64,000 bases of DNA. Source: an uncultured Candidatus Rokubacteria bacterium (GTDB lineage: Bacteria; Methylomirabilota; Methylomirabilia; Rokubacteriales; CSP1-6). The notes below the pieces were generated by a model. It saw nothing but the letters and a program-made list of their open reading frames with translations. It had not been told where the DNA came from and did no database searches. A program made the translations under genes and the position numbers. Where the stretch lies: positions 224,001-288,000 of the forward strand of contig CAVVEU010000024.1 in NCBI GenBank assembly GCA_963747235.1, given 5' to 3'. Each line of letters begins with the position of its first letter. Position 1 is the first letter of the stretch. Positions 43,526 to 55,486 of the stretch are shown here, in pieces.

Positions 43526-43897
43526 ATGCGCACGCTGCGGGTCCTCGTCGCGGACGATCAGGAGCACATGCGGGAGCTGCTGGTCGAGGCGCTGTCCGCG
43601 GACGGGCACACCGTGGATCCGGCCGAGGATGGAATGGCCGCGCTCAAGCTACTGGAGCAGCAGACCTACGATCTGGTGGTGAGCGATCTGCAGATGCCGC
43701 AGGTGGACGGGCCGAAGCTCTACCAGGAGATCCGGCGCCTGAAGCCGGACGCGGCGCCGTTCTTCATCTTCATCACCGGCGAGGACGAGGCCCCGGGCTA
43801 CGGGACGTTTCTGACCGAGTCGAAGGTCCCCGTCGTGACCAAGCCGTTCAAGCTCAAGGAGTTCCGGCAGATGCTGGCGAAGCTGTTCCCCGGGTAG
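43526..43897 (+). CDS. Single-domain response regulator (receiver)
   Basis: VLVADD, SDLQMPQVDG, FITG, KPF. Confidence 0.9.
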   Translation: MRTLRVLVADDQEHMRELLVEALSADGHTVDPAEDGMAALKLLEQQTYDLVVSDLQMPQVDGPKLYQEIRRLKPDAAPFFIFITGEDEAPGYGTFLTESKVPVVTKPFKLKEFRQMLAKLFPG

Positions 43898-44756
43898 GCG
43901 CCACCTCCAGGCCCCGCCGGCCCAGCAGCCGCTCGGCGCTGGCCCAGTAATCGCGCGCCTGCCGCGCGGCCTCATCCCGCTCCATCATGGTCTTCCGTCG
44001 CTCCGCGTCGTCTCTCGCGGCGCCGAGGCGTCCCAGGGCGGCCCGCTCCCGGTCCCACGCGTCCGTGGTGGCCACCAGCGACTCCGCGGCCCGGAGCGCC
44101 GGATCGGCCATGGCCCGCGCCGGGTCGCTCTCGAGCACCGCGGTGTTTCGCCGCTTCAGATCGGTCATCTCGGCCTTCAGGGCCTGCGCGCCGGCCCCGG
44201 CCTCCGCCTGCGTGATCTTCCACCGGGCCGATAGCGCGCGGCTTCGTTCCTGGAGGCGCACCAGGTCCTGGCGCAGCCGCACGGTGCCGTGCTCGCGGGC
44301 CTCGCTGAGCGACTCTCCGTAGGCGCCGGGGTCGGCCACCGCGACCTCGAGCGACGCGCGCAGCGCCTCGCGCTCGGCCGAGAAGCGGTCCAGGCAGTCG
44401 AGCCCGATCTGCTGGCTCTGGAACAGCTCGGCGCCGGTCCGCGCGTTGGCGGTCGTGCGCGCCTCGAGAGCCTCCGCCTTCCGCGCGAGCTCCCGCCAGC
44501 GCTGGGCCTCGGCGCTCGCGCCCTCGGCGGCCGCCTGGCTGGCCCGCGCCTGGAGCGCCTTGAGGTCGCTGGCGAGCGACGCGGTCCAGACCGGCTGCGT
44601 CGCGCCGGCCAGGCAGTGCTGCTCCTGGGCGCTGTTCGCGGCCAGCCGGCCGCGGAGGCGGGCGATCTCGGCCGTCAGGTCGAGGGTCTGGCTCCACGCG
44701 GCGCCCACGGGCGACGCAGCCAGCGCAATCAGCGTGAAGAGGAGCGCGCGTCGCAT
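43854..44756 (-). CDS. Hypothetical secreted alpha-helical/coiled-coil protein
   Basis: Signal peptide MRRALLFTLIALAASPVGAAWS; Ala/Glu/Arg-rich helices. Confidence 0.65.
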   Translation of the reverse strand: MRRALLFTLIALAASPVGAAWSQTLDLTAEIARLRGRLAANSAQEQHCLAGATQPVWTASLASDLKALQARASQAAAEGASAEAQRWRELARKAEALEARTTANARTGAELFQSQQIGLDCLDRFSAEREALRASLEVAVADPGAYGESLSEAREHGTVRLRQDLVRLQERSRALSARWKITQAEAGAGAQALKAEMTDLKRRNTAVLESDPARAMADPALRAAESLVATTDAWDRERAALGRLGAARDDAERRKTMMERDEAARQARDYWASAERLLGRRGLEVAPTRGTASPASAGTP

Positions 44757-45022
44757 GAAGGCCTACGCGAACAGCGACAGGCCCACGGACACGATCGCGG
44801 CCACTCTCAGCAAGCCCGGCAGTCCCAGTCTCCGCAGCATGAGCTCGGCCTCCTTTGCCCGGCCGCTTACATAGCAAGAGGAAGGCCACCAAATAGGCAC
44901 TTGAAATCAGTCACTTGTTGGATATCTCGGCGGCTCGATCCCCTCCAAATTTGTCAGCCGCCCTTCGGTTTCGGTTAGGCCGCAGGATCAGCGTGCGCAA
45001 TCGCTTCGTGGTATAAGCGCTC

Positions 45023-45475
45023 GTGCCCCAGCCACCAATCCCCGTCGTCCGCGTCGACGTGATGCGCGACGATCCGGCGCTCGCGTTGCCCGCCTACGCG
45101 CGCGCGGGCGACGCCGGGCTCGATCTCCTGGCCGCCGCGACGGTGACGCTGCCGCCCGGGGGCCGCGAGCTGGTGCCGACGGGACTGCGCGTGGCGATTC
45201 CGGAGGGCTACGCGGGGCTGGTGCTGCCGCGCTCGGGGCTGGCGCTACGCGCCGGAGTCACGGTGCTGAACGCGCCGGGCCTCATCGACGCCGGCTACCG
45301 CGGAGAGATCGGCGTGCTGCTGATCAATCACGGCGCCGCCGCGGTGACCCTGAGCCGCGGCGAGCGCATCGCCCAGCTCGTGATCCAGCCGGTGGCGCGG
45401 GCGACCCTGGTCGAGGTGCGGGAGCTGGAGGGGAGTCAGCGCGGGACGGGGGGATTCGGAAGCACCGGAACCTAG
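45023..45475 (+). CDS. dut: dUTP diphosphatase
   Basis: AGLDL, PRSGLA, GLIDAGYRGE, ERIAQL, RGTGGFGSTG. Confidence 0.97.
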   Translation: MPQPPIPVVRVDVMRDDPALALPAYARAGDAGLDLLAAATVTLPPGGRELVPTGLRVAIPEGYAGLVLPRSGLALRAGVTVLNAPGLIDAGYRGEIGVLLINHGAAAVTLSRGERIAQLVIQPVARATLVEVRELEGSQRGTGGFGSTGT

Positions 45476-45485
45476 GCTCCCGCCC

Positions 45486-46449
45486 CTACTGGTTCAGCCG
45501 TCGCTTCCAGAAACCCAGGAGGCCCTGAGGCATGAAGATCACCATCAGGATGAAGGCGATGCCCAGCGGGATCAGGTAGTACTCGGCCCAGAAGCGGGAG
45601 AGGCCCTCGCGGAGCAGCAGGAAGAACGCCGCGCCCACCACCGGGCCGACGAGCGTGCCCATGCCGCCCATGACGTTGTAGATGACCACCTCGCCCGACA
45701 CCGTGAAGAAGACGAAGTCCGGCGCGGCGAAGCGGTGCTGGATCGCGTAGAGGGTCCCGGAGAGTCCCGCGAACAGCCCCGAGAGCAGCACCGCCACGAT
45801 CTTGTAGCGCTCCACGTGGTACCCGATCGCGCGCGTCCTGGGCTCGTTCTCCCGGATCGACTGCAGCACCATCCCGAACGGGGACTGGGTGATCCGGCGC
45901 AGGGTGAGATAGGAGAGCGCGACGATCGCGAGGACGAACCAGTGGAGGCTCACCGTCGAGAACCGCGCGCTCAAGATGCCGGGAATCGTGAACGGCGGCT
46001 GGGTGAAGTACAGGCCGTTCTCGCCGCCGGTCACGTCGGTCCAGGTGAAGATGATGACGTAGAAGATCTGCGAGAAGACGAGCGTGGTGATGGCGAAGTA
46101 GATGTCGCGGAGGCGCGTGGCGAAGATAGGCCACGAACACCGCCACCAGCGCGGCCGCGGCGAGCCCCACCGCGAGGGCGATCCAGAGATTCGGCGAGCG
46201 CAGCACCAGCAGCGCGGCGGCGGCGCCGTAGAGCCCCAGCCCGAAGAAGGCGGAGTGCCCGAAGGACACCATGCCGGTGTAGCCGATGAGGATGTCCGAG
46301 GACATCGCGAGCAGTCCCCAGATGAGGATCTCGGTGAGGAACTTCCGCCAGAACTCGGGGAGCCCGAGCGGGGCGAGCGCGAGCGCGGCGACCACGGCCA
46401 GGAAGACGATCCAGAATCTGCGGTGCGTCGGAGAGGCCAGGGTCGTCAC
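45486..46449 (-). CDS. livM: Liv-type ABC permease LivM (+1 frameshift near 46125)
   Basis: GYTGMVSFGHSAFFG, TGGENG, SPFG...IRENE, MGGMGT; GTGA overlap with livH. Confidence 0.88.
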
Positions 46450-47310
46450 TTCGGCGTCGGCACGAACAGGCCGGTCGGCCGGAAGAGCAGGGTGAGGATC
46501 AGGACGACGAACGAGACGATGACCGCCTGCGAGGGGCTCACCACCAGCGAGGCGTACGCCTCCAGCAGGCTGATGAAGAGCGCGGCGAGGATGGACCCAC
46601 CCAGGTTGCCCATGCCGCCCACGACCACGACGCTGAAGGCGCGCAGCGTGAACTCGAAGCCCATGGTCTGGGTCACCGCGGCCAGGGGCGCGAACAGCAC
46701 GCCGGAGGCGGCCGCCATCGCGGAGCCGATCGCGAAGACCCCGGTGTGGACCAGGGGCACCGGGATGCCCATCGCGGCCGCCATCACGCGGTCCTGGGTG
46801 GTGGCGCGGATCCAGATCCCGTACTTGCCGTACTTCAGGAAGAGATAGAGCGCGCCGATGATGGCGCCCGCCATCACCGCGGCGCCCAGGCGATACCAGG
46901 GGTACTGCAGGTAGAAGAGCTCGAATCGGCCGGGGATCGGCTGCGGGATGTTCTGGGCCGTCGGGCCGAACTGCCAGAGCGCGTACTTCTGGAGCACCAG
47001 GGAGATCGCCGAAGGTCGCGATGATGGTGGTCAGGGGATCGCGGCCGATCAGGGGCCGGAGCGTGGTGATCTGGAGCAGCGCCCCGAAGGCCGCGATGAC
47101 GAGCGACGCCACCAGGAGTCCGAGCCAGAAGTTGCCGGTCTGGGCGACCGTCACCGCGCCGGTGAACGCGCCCAGCATCACGAGGTCGCCGTGGGCGAAG
47201 TTGACCACGTCCATGATGCCGAAGATCAGGGTCAGGCCCGAGGCGACGAGCGCGAGCACCATGCCGTTGACGAGCCCGTTGACCGTCTGCACGAGGATCT
47301 GCTCGAACAC
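46446..47310 (-). CDS. livH: Liv-type ABC permease LivH (+1 frameshift near 47010)
   Basis: GLTLIFGIMDVVNFAHG, VVVGGMGNLGG, FRPTGLF. Confidence 0.9.
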
Positions 47311-47313
47311 CGC

Positions 47314-48021
<708 letters not shown>

Positions 48022-48022
<1 letters not shown>

Positions 48023-48816
48023 CAGCCCTTCAGGTAGACCTCCTGCACGCGCGGGTTCGACTGGATCTCGCCCGGCGTCCCCTCGGCCAGCACCTCGCCG
48101 TAGTGGAGCACGGTGATCCGGTGGGCCAGGTTCATCACCACCTCCATGTCGTGCTCGACGACGAGGATGGTGAGGTTCCGGGCGATGCGCCGCACCAGCT
48201 CCACGGTGGCGTGGGTCTCGGTCACGCTCATGCCCGCGGTCGGCTCGTCGAGGCACAGGATCTGGGGCTCGGTGGCCAGCGCGACGGCGATCTCGAGGTT
48301 GCGCTGCTCGCCGTGGGAGAGGTTGGCGGCCAGCTCGGCCTCCTTGTCCAGCAGGCCCACCGAGTCGAGGACCGATCGCGCCCGGTCGATGAGGTCGCGG
48401 TAGCTCTGGTGGTGGCGCAGGAGGCTCCAGCCGTGGTGGCGCGACTGGGCCGCGATGCGCGCGTTCTCCAGCACCGTCGCGCCGGGCAGGATATTGGTGA
48501 TCTGGTACGAGCGCGCGAGCCCCTTGTGGGAGATCCGGTGCGGGGGCAGCCCCGCCACGTCCTCGCCGTTCAGGAAGATGCGCCCGCTCGTCGGGCGCAG
48601 CACGCCGGTCACGCAGTTGAAGAAGGTGCTCTTGCCCGCCCCGTTGGGGCCGATGATGGCGCGGATCTCGCCGCGCGGGACCGTGATGCTCACGTTGCCG
48701 ACGGCGGTGAGCCCGCCGAAGCGCATGGTGAGGCCGTCGGTGCGAAGAATTGCGTCCGCGGCGCCCCGGTCCGGCCGGACCGGGGCGCCCTGCGATTGAG
48801 CCTGCGAAGCCGTCAC
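48022..48816 (-). CDS. livG: Liv-type ABC ATPase LivG
   Basis: IGPNGAGKST, LSHGEQRNLE, LDEPTAGM, VEHDM, VQEVYL. Confidence 0.92.
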
Positions 48817-48820
48817 GCGG

Positions 48821-50113
48821 CTAGGCGAACTTGCACGCGGCCGGCACCACCGTCTGTTCCTTCGGAATGATGTCGAGGAGCTTGAACTTCATGTCGCGGA
48901 TCTCGAAGATGAACTCGCGCACGAAGGCCTGGTGGTCCTCCTTGCGGAGCGTCTTGTCGCCCTGGGGGAAGTCGTCGGACTCCTTGACCTCCATGCCCTC
49001 GAGCGCCTCGATGAGCTTCATGCTGTCCTCGCGCCCGCGGAACTTCGACCGCTCCATGCCGAGCTTGAGGAAGTTGACCCCCTCGAAGTTGGATTGCACG
49101 TACCGGTCGGGCAGGGACACCCCGAGGGGCGCCAGGCGGGCGACCGATTCGTCGAGGAACTTCTTGTGGGACGGGGTGTTGAGCTTGCCCTCCAGCAGCG
49201 GGATGTAGCGGTCCACCCCGACGAATCCGTCCGCCTTGGCCCCCATGGCGGGCAGGCTGGTGGCCACCACGATGGCGCCGTCGCCCGCGATGCGCGCCTT
49301 CTTCGAGATGCCGAGGTCGAAGCTCTGGTTGACGAAGGAGATGCCCTGCGGCCCGAAGAAGATCCCGAAGAGGCCGTCGTAGGGGCCGCTGATCTTGCTG
49401 AGGAACGCGGTCATGTCCGCGGTGCCGAGGGGGACGCCGGTGGTGCCCGGTGACCTCGCCGCCGAGCTTCTTGATCTCCTGGGCGTAGGCATCCCGCGTT
49501 GATTGGCCCCAGGCGTAGTCCGCGTAGGCGATGTGCCACTTCTTGCCGACCTTGTTCACCAGGTACGGCGCGATCGCCACCGCCTGCGACGGGCGCGAAG
49601 TCGAACGGCCTGAACGTATAGCGGCTGCACTTGCTGGTGGTGATCGTGGTGTCGAGGCACACCGTGATCATGTTGACCACCTTGTGCTCCTCGTACACCG
49701 GCATGCAGGCCAGGCAGACGTTGGAGAGATAGCCGCCCGCGTGCGCGTCGATCTTGTCCTCGAGGACCAGCTTCTCGGCCTTGCGCCGGCCGACGTCCGG
49801 CTTGGACTCGTAGTCGGCGACGATCAGCTCGATCGGGCGGCCGTTGACGCCGCCCCCCTTGTTGATGCGGTCCACCGCCATCTGCACGCCCACGAGGGCG
49901 GTCTTGCCGCCGGCCGCCGCGGTGCCCGAGAGGGGCTGCAGCGTGCCGAGCTTGTAGGGCTTGGCCTGGCCGAAGGCCGCGCGCCACGGCGCGGGCACGA
50001 GCATGCCCGCCCCGATCGCCCCCGCCGCGCGTCGCGCTCAGGCCGAGCCAGCGCCGGCGCGTGATCTTGCCGCGGTACCAGAGTTCCTGCGCATCGTTGT
50101 CGTGATTCGCCAT
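48821..50113 (-). CDS. Tat-exported Liv-family substrate-binding protein (about three frameshifts)
   Basis: ITRRRWL Tat motif; PLSG, GGVNGRPIEL, ADYAWGQS, GTADMTAFLSKI spread over four reading-frame pieces. Confidence 0.85.
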
Positions 50114-50148
50114 GGTGAAAGCCTCCTGTGACTGCGTAATCGGAATAC

Positions 50149-51456
50149 TCAGTGAGAAGTTCCCGCCACCGCGGTGAGCGCCTCGCCGAAGACCTCCAGG
50201 GTTTGCGCCACCTCCACCTCGGTGTGGACGAGCGACACGTAGAACTTCTGGGCCGCCTTGACCACGCCGCGGGTGAGCATCTCGCGGGTGAAGGCGGCGT
50301 GGAGGGCCTGATCCGCGGACAGCGTGGCCCGGTAGTCGGTGATCGGCCGGTCGGTGAAGTAGATCTCGAACACGGGCGCCTCGCCCGCCACCTGCACCGG
50401 CAGGCCCGCGCGCCGCGCGGCCGCCTCGAGCCCCTGCTTGAGCCGCGTGCCGGTGGCGAAGAGGCGCTCGTAGGTCCCGGGCCGGCGCAGCTCGGCGAGG
50501 GTGGCGAGGCCCGCCGCGGCGGCGATCGGGTTGCCGTTGAGCGTGCCGGCCTGCTGGACGAAGCCGCCCTCGCTCATCTCCTGCGAGAAGTGCCGCATGA
50601 TGTCGCGCCGGCCCGCGACCGCGGCGAGCGGGAAGCCGCCGCCGATGATCTTGCCGAAGGCGGCCAGGTCCGGCACGACGCCGTAGTACTCCTGCGCGCC
50701 CCCGTAGGCGAAGCGGAAGCCGGTGACGATCTCGTCGAAGATCAGCGGCACGCCGTGTCGCGCGGTGATCTCCCGCACGCCCTGGAGGAACCCGGGCTGC
50801 GGCACCACCAGCCGCTGCAGCGGCTCCATGATGACCGCGGCCAGATCGTGGTGATGCGCCTCGATCATGGCCTGGGCCTCGGCCACGTCGTTGAAGGGCG
50901 CGACCAGGACCTCGCCCTGGATGGCGTGGGGAATGCCCGCCGAGTCCGGGGTGGGGGCGGGGAACGCCTTGGGCGCCCGCGGGCCCACGCTCATGAGGGA
51001 GTAGTCGTGGACGCCGTGAAAGCCGCCCTCGAACTTCAGGATCTTGTCGCGCTGGCGGAAGGCGCGGGCCACGCGGAGGGCGAAGAAGGTTGCCTCGCTG
51101 CCGCTGCCGCAGAACCGGATCTGCTCGGCGCACGGGACCGCCCGGCAGATCTCCTCGGCCAGGGCCAGGGTGGGCTCGCTGAGCTGGAAGTACGTGGTGC
51201 CCTTGCGGAGCTGGGCCTCCACCGCGGCGACCACCGCGGGATGGGCGTGGCCCAGCACGAGGGGGCCGCTGCCCAGGATGTAGTCAATGTACTCGCGGCC
51301 CGAGAAGTCGTAGAGCCGCGGCCCCCGGGCCTCGCGCACGACGAAGGCCAGCTCCTGCGGGGCGTAGTACCCCCCCAGGACGCCTCCGGGGAGCACCCGC
51401 ATCGCCGTCTCGAGCAGAGCCAATTCTTCGGGACTGCGGCCAGCCAGACCTGCCAT
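50149..51456 (-). CDS. Class III PLP aminotransferase (HemL-like, probably not true HemL)
   Basis: LGHAHP, SGSEAT, LIFDEIVTGFR, FGKIIGGG, GTLNGNP; lacks the HemL GGVNSPVR motif. Confidence 0.88.
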   Translation of the reverse strand: MAGLAGRSPEELALLETAMRVLPGGVLGGYYAPQELAFVVREARGPRLYDFSGREYIDYILGSGPLVLGHAHPAVVAAVEAQLRKGTTYFQLSEPTLALAEEICRAVPCAEQIRFCGSGSEATFFALRVARAFRQRDKILKFEGGFHGVHDYSLMSVGPRAPKAFPAPTPDSAGIPHAIQGEVLVAPFNDVAEAQAMIEAHHHDLAAVIMEPLQRLVVPQPGFLQGVREITARHGVPLIFDEIVTGFRFAYGGAQEYYGVVPDLAAFGKIIGGGFPLAAVAGRRDIMRHFSQEMSEGGFVQQAGTLNGNPIAAAAGLATLAELRRPGTYERLFATGTRLKQGLEAAARRAGLPVQVAGEAPVFEIYFTDRPITDYRATLSADQALHAAFTREMLTRGVVKAAQKFYVSLVHTEVEVAQTLEVFGEALTAVAGTSH

Positions 51457-51488
51457 TCCACCTCGCTGGGATGGGGAGATTGGACGGT

Positions 51489-51518
51489 CTTATACCGTGA
51501 AACCGCCCCCGGCCGCAA
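51489..51518 (-). promoter_or_regulatory. sigma70-like promoter TTGCGG-N18-TATAAG for the aminotransferase-ABC operon
   Basis: Read on the minus strand, 32 nt upstream of ATG 51456. Confidence 0.5.
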
Positions 51519-51562
51519 GGGTGCGCTTACTCGGCCGCGAGGAAAATCGAGGGGACGGAGGC

Positions 51563-52492
51563 CTAGGCCGAGAGCCCGGCCGCCCGCAGGGCCAGGCGGA
51601 TCCGGTGCCGCTCGTCGTCGGAGACGGGGGTGAGCGGCGGCCGCACGTGAGCGGCCGGGATGCGGCCGAGGATCGCGAGGGCTTCCTTCATGCGATTGTG
51701 CATGTCCACGAAGGGCGGCGCGTAGAACACCTGGACGAGCGGCGCCAGCCGGTCGTTGATCGTCCGCGCCTCGTCGAGCCGGCCGGCCTGGACCGCCGCG
51801 AACAGGGACGCCTGCAGATCGGCGGTCACGCTGCCCATGCCCGAGATGCAGCCGTCGGCGCCCAGCATGAAGCTCGCCATCAGCGACATGGTGAAGGACG
51901 AGAGCATCGCCACCGGCCGGCCCGCGCCGCGCAGCGCGCGCAGGTTCTTCTCGTACGAGACGATGTCGTTCGACCAGTCCTTCACCCCCGCCACCGTCGG
52001 GATCTTGCACAGCTCGGCGAGTGTCTCGGGGCTGTAGCCGATGCCGGAGGCGGGCGGGTACTCGAAGACGATCAGCGGCAGGTCCACCGCGTCCGCGATG
52101 GTCTGGAAGTGCCGCAGCACCATGTCCGGCTTCTGCTGCGCGCCCCACATGAACAGGGTCGGCGGGAAGACGAGCAGGCCGGCCGCGCCCGCCGCGCGCG
52201 CATCGCGCGCCAGCTCCACCGCCTCGAGCGTCCCGTCGCAGTAGACGCCGGTGACGATGGGCACCTTGCCCGCGACCTCGTCGAGCGCGATCGCCAGGGT
52301 CCGCTTGCGCTCCTCGCGCGTCAGCGAGGCGACCTCGGCCGCGTGGCCGTTGGCCACGATGCCGGTGACGCCGGGCGCGTCGGCGAGCCAGCGGAGATGC
52401 TTGCGGTAGGCCGGCTCGTCGATCGCCAGATCCGCGGTGAACGGCAGGAGATTGGCCGGCATGCACCCGTGGAAGCGGAGCCCGTTCGCCAT
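51563..52492 (-). CDS. DapA/NanA-family class I aldolase/lyase (not canonical DapA)
   Basis: LLPFTADLAID, NGHAAE in place of GTTGE, Schiff-base Lys in GVKDWS, GADGCISG, RPPL. Confidence 0.88.
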   Translation of the reverse strand: MANGLRFHGCMPANLLPFTADLAIDEPAYRKHLRWLADAPGVTGIVANGHAAEVASLTREERKRTLAIALDEVAGKVPIVTGVYCDGTLEAVELARDARAAGAAGLLVFPPTLFMWGAQQKPDMVLRHFQTIADAVDLPLIVFEYPPASGIGYSPETLAELCKIPTVAGVKDWSNDIVSYEKNLRALRGAGRPVAMLSSFTMSLMASFMLGADGCISGMGSVTADLQASLFAAVQAGRLDEARTINDRLAPLVQVFYAPPFVDMHNRMKEALAILGRIPAAHVRPPLTPVSDDERHRIRLALRAAGLSA

Positions 52493-52744
52493 GGCTAGGA
52501 CTCTAGCATACCCGCGCCGCGGTCAGCCGCGCGCCAGCTCGTCCGCCACTTCCTTGGCGGAGAGCACGCGCGGTGCCGAGCACGCAGATGTGGGCAGTGT
52601 AGCTTGGGGTCCAGGGGGAGGGTCTTGCTGAAGACCTCGTCGTGGTGCACGAGGCTGTCGTTTACTTCTTCAAGCTCTTTTGTATCCGTTCGGCTCGCCT
52701 TCGGCTGCGCCTCACCGTGCTACTGCGTTCCACGCTACCGTTCA

Positions 52745-53125
52745 CTACCAGGCCGATACAGAGAAGGCGTTGGGGATGTGTCTGATCGCTTTGACGGCGC
52801 CTTCGTCGTTGAAGATCACGGAGACGACGTCGAAGCGGCAGGAGACCTGCCGGAGGCGCTTGAGCTTGAGATAGCCGTGCGCCAGCTTGCCGAGCCGGTT
52901 CTGCTTGCGCGTGTTCACCGCGGCCTGCGGGGGATCGCCCTCGGCGGCGCGGCGGGTCTTGACCTCGACGAAGACGAGGGTCTTGCCGTCCTTCGCCACG
53001 AGGTCGATCTCCCCCGCGCGGGTCCTCACGTTGCGGTCCAGGATGGCGAGCCCGCTGCGCGCGAGGAAGCGGGCCGCTTCTTCCTCGCCCCTGACGCCGG
53101 TGATCTTTCGGGTGTCGGTCGGCAC
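52745..53125 (-). CDS. yraN: YraN/UPF0102 nuclease
   Basis: GEEEAARFL, GEIDLVA, VFVEVKTR, CRFDVV, HIPNAF. Confidence 0.93.
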   Translation of the reverse strand: MPTDTRKITGVRGEEEAARFLARSGLAILDRNVRTRAGEIDLVAKDGKTLVFVEVKTRRAAEGDPPQAAVNTRKQNRLGKLAHGYLKLKRLRQVSCRFDVVSVIFNDEGAVKAIRHIPNAFSVSAW

Positions 53126-53139
53126 GTGGCAACGACTCC

Positions 53140-53787
53140 TTAATCAGCCTCGATCCATTGAAGCTCGCTGCGCGAGAACAGCGCCATCTGGTTCCAGATT
53201 CCCGCGAACGTGCGACGGTGCAGCGCGCACGGCCCGTGCTGCTCGAGGGCCATCCGGTGCTCCGGGGTCGGGTATCCCTTGTGTCGCCCGAATCCGTACA
53301 CCGGGTACTCGCGATCCGCTTCTTCCATGATGCGGTCCCTCGTCACCTTGGCGATGATGGAGGCCGCCGCCACCGAGGCCGACCGCCGATCGCCTTCCAC
53401 CAGGTTCCGCTGCGGGCACCGGAGCCCCGGCACCGTCACGTAGTCCGTCAACACCAGCTCCGGCTCCAGTCCCAGCGCGCCCAGCGCCTGCCCCATCGCC
53501 AGCCGCGTCGCCTGCAGGATGTTGATCCGGTCGATCGTCAGGTGATCCACGATCCCGACCCCCACCCCCACCGCCCGCTCGCGAATCACGTCGAAGAGCC
53601 GCCGCCGCTCCTCCGGCAGGAGCCGCTTCGAGTCGTCCACCCCGGCGATCCGCGCGCCCGGCGCCAGCACCACCGCCGCCGCGACCACCGGCCCGGCCAG
53701 CGGGCCCCGCCCCGCCTCGTCCACGCCCGCGAGACGGGAGATGCCCCGTCGCCACGCGGCGCTCTCGAAGTGGTAGGGTGCGCCCAC
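53140..53787 (-). CDS. rnhB: Ribonuclease HII
   Basis: GVDEAGRGPLAGPV, DDSK, AASIIAKVTRD, HKGYPT, HRRTF. Confidence 0.97.
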   Translation of the reverse strand: MGAPYHFESAAWRRGISRLAGVDEAGRGPLAGPVVAAAVVLAPGARIAGVDDSKRLLPEERRRLFDVIRERAVGVGVGIVDHLTIDRINILQATRLAMGQALGALGLEPELVLTDYVTVPGLRCPQRNLVEGDRRSASVAAASIIAKVTRDRIMEEADREYPVYGFGRHKGYPTPEHRMALEQHGPCALHRRTFAGIWNQMALFSRSELQWIEAD

Positions 53788-53802
53788 CGGCAGGGCCCGG
53801 TC

Positions 53803-54174
53803 TTAGCTCTCGCCGGAGATGGGCACCTGGGCGATCCGCTTCTCCTTCAGCCGCGCCGCCTTGCCGACCAGGTCGCGGAGATAGTAGAGCTTGGACCGGC
53901 GCACCGTCGCCCGCTTCATCACCTGGATCTTGTCGATCCGCGGCGAGTGCACCGGGAACGTGCGTTCAACGCCCACGCCGTAGGAGATGCGCCGCACCGT
54001 GAACGAGGCGCCGGTGCCGCCCCCGCGACGGCGGATGCACACCCCCTCGAACGCCTGCAGCCGCTCCTTCTCGCCCTCCACCACCTTCACCATCACCTTG
54101 ACGGTGTCACCGGGCCGGAAGCCGCTCCGGTCCTTCTTGAGATCACCCGCCTCGACGATTCGGATCGCTTCCAT
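53803..54174 (-). CDS. rplS: 50S ribosomal protein L19
   Basis: [33 protein letters not shown]. Confidence 0.98.
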   Translation of the reverse strand: MEAIRIVEAGDLKKDRSGFRPGDTVKVMVKVVEGEKERLQAFEGVCIRRRGGGTGASFTVRRISYGVGVERTFPVHSPRIDKIQVMKRATVRRSKLYYLRDLVGKAARLKEKRIAQVPISGES

Positions 54175-54198
54175 GATCTGACGCTCCTTGCTCGATGA

Positions 54199-54960
54199 TT
54201 AGTCCAGGAGATCCGCCGGCGTCCGGCCCTGCCGGAACGCGTCGGTCCACTTCTGCTCTTCCGGGGTGAGATCGGCGGTCTCCAGGAGATCCGGCCGGCG
54301 CTGCCAGGTTCGCCACAGCGACATCAGGATGCGCCAGCGGGCGATGCGGCCGTGATCGCCCGAGCGCAGCACCTCGGGCACGGTCGCGCCGCGAAAGACC
54401 TCGGGGCGCGTGTACTGCGGGTGCTCGAGCAGTCCCCGCGCGAAGGAATCGCGCGCGGGCGCGTCCTCGTCGCCCAGCACGCCCGGGAGCAGGCGCGTGA
54501 CCGCGTCCGCCACCACCAGCGCCGCCGGCTCGCCCCCGGTCAGCACGTAGTCGCCGATGGACAGCTCCTCGTCCACGAGTTGCTCGCTCACCCGCTCGTC
54601 GACGCCCTCGTAGCGGCCGCAGACAAGCACCAGATGGGGCCGGCGCGCCATCTCCCGCGCCACCACCTGGCTGAAGCGGCGACCGGCCGGGCCCAGCAGG
54701 ATCACGTGGGCGGGTGTCCCGGGCGAGCCCGCCGCCCGCAGGGCTTCGATAGCCCCGGCCAGCGGCTCCGGCTTGAGGATCATGCCGCCGCCGCCGCCGA
54801 AGGGCGGCTCGTCGGTCACCCGGTGCCGCCCGGTCGCGTGCTCCCGGAGGTCGTGCACGCGGATGTCCACGAGGCCGCGCGCGCGGGCCCGCCCCAGGAT
54901 GGACTCGGCGAGCGGCCCCGCGAGCATTCCCGGGAACAGCGTGACGATGTCGATCCTCAC
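54199..54960 (-). CDS. trmD: tRNA (guanine37-N1)-methyltransferase
   Basis: [40 protein letters not shown]; GTG start at 54960. Confidence 0.97.
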   Translation of the reverse strand: MRIDIVTLFPGMLAGPLAESILGRARARGLVDIRVHDLREHATGRHRVTDEPPFGGGGGMILKPEPLAGAIEALRAAGSPGTPAHVILLGPAGRRFSQVVAREMARRPHLVLVCGRYEGVDERVSEQLVDEELSIGDYVLTGGEPAALVVADAVTRLLPGVLGDEDAPARDSFARGLLEHPQYTRPEVFRGATVPEVLRSGDHGRIARWRILMSLWRTWQRRPDLLETADLTPEEQKWTDAFRQGRTPADLLD

Positions 54961-55478
54961 AGGTCCAGCAGGCCTTCCGGCGGATCGATCACGATCCGGC
55001 GATCCGCCACGCTGACTTCCACCACGATCTCGGGCACCGCGGGGATGAGCCGCCGCTGGGTGCCGTCGTCCACCAGCCACAGCTCCTGCGCGCCCGGCTC
55101 CACGCCCACGAACCGCCCCACCTGCCGCCCGTCGCGCGTCTCGACCACCGCGCCCTCGAGCTGCCACGGGTAGAAGCTGCCCTCCACGGGAGGCAGGGCG
55201 TCCTCCCGGCTCACCGCCAGCAGCCGCCCGCAGAACCGGCGGGCCGCCTCCGGCGAGTCCACCCCGTCCATCCGGAGATAGACGGTTTCTCCCTCGAAGC
55301 GGCAGGAGGCGATGCGGCACGGCTCGCGCCGGTCCACCTGGGGCTCCCATAGCGTGCAGGACATGAGCGCCTTGAACCGCTCGCGCGGTCGGTCGGTGAG
55401 GGGACGCACCTTGACCTCGCCGCGGAGCCCGAAGGGCCGCAGCACCTCACCGATCGTCACGAGCGGCGCTCCCGTCAC
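54957..55478 (-). CDS. rimM: Ribosome maturation factor RimM
   Basis: [36 protein letters not shown]; GTG start at 55478. Confidence 0.93.
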   Translation of the reverse strand: MTGAPLVTIGEVLRPFGLRGEVKVRPLTDRPRERFKALMSCTLWEPQVDRREPCRIASCRFEGETVYLRMDGVDSPEAARRFCGRLLAVSREDALPPVEGSFYPWQLEGAVVETRDGRQVGRFVGVEPGAQELWLVDDGTQRRLIPAVPEIVVEVSVADRRIVIDPPEGLLDL

Positions 55479-55486
55479 CTGGATTC

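Noticed and set aside
50149-52492. hemL and dapA gene symbols
   Set aside because: Signature motifs (GGVNSPVR; GTTGE) are missing and the context is a transporter operon.
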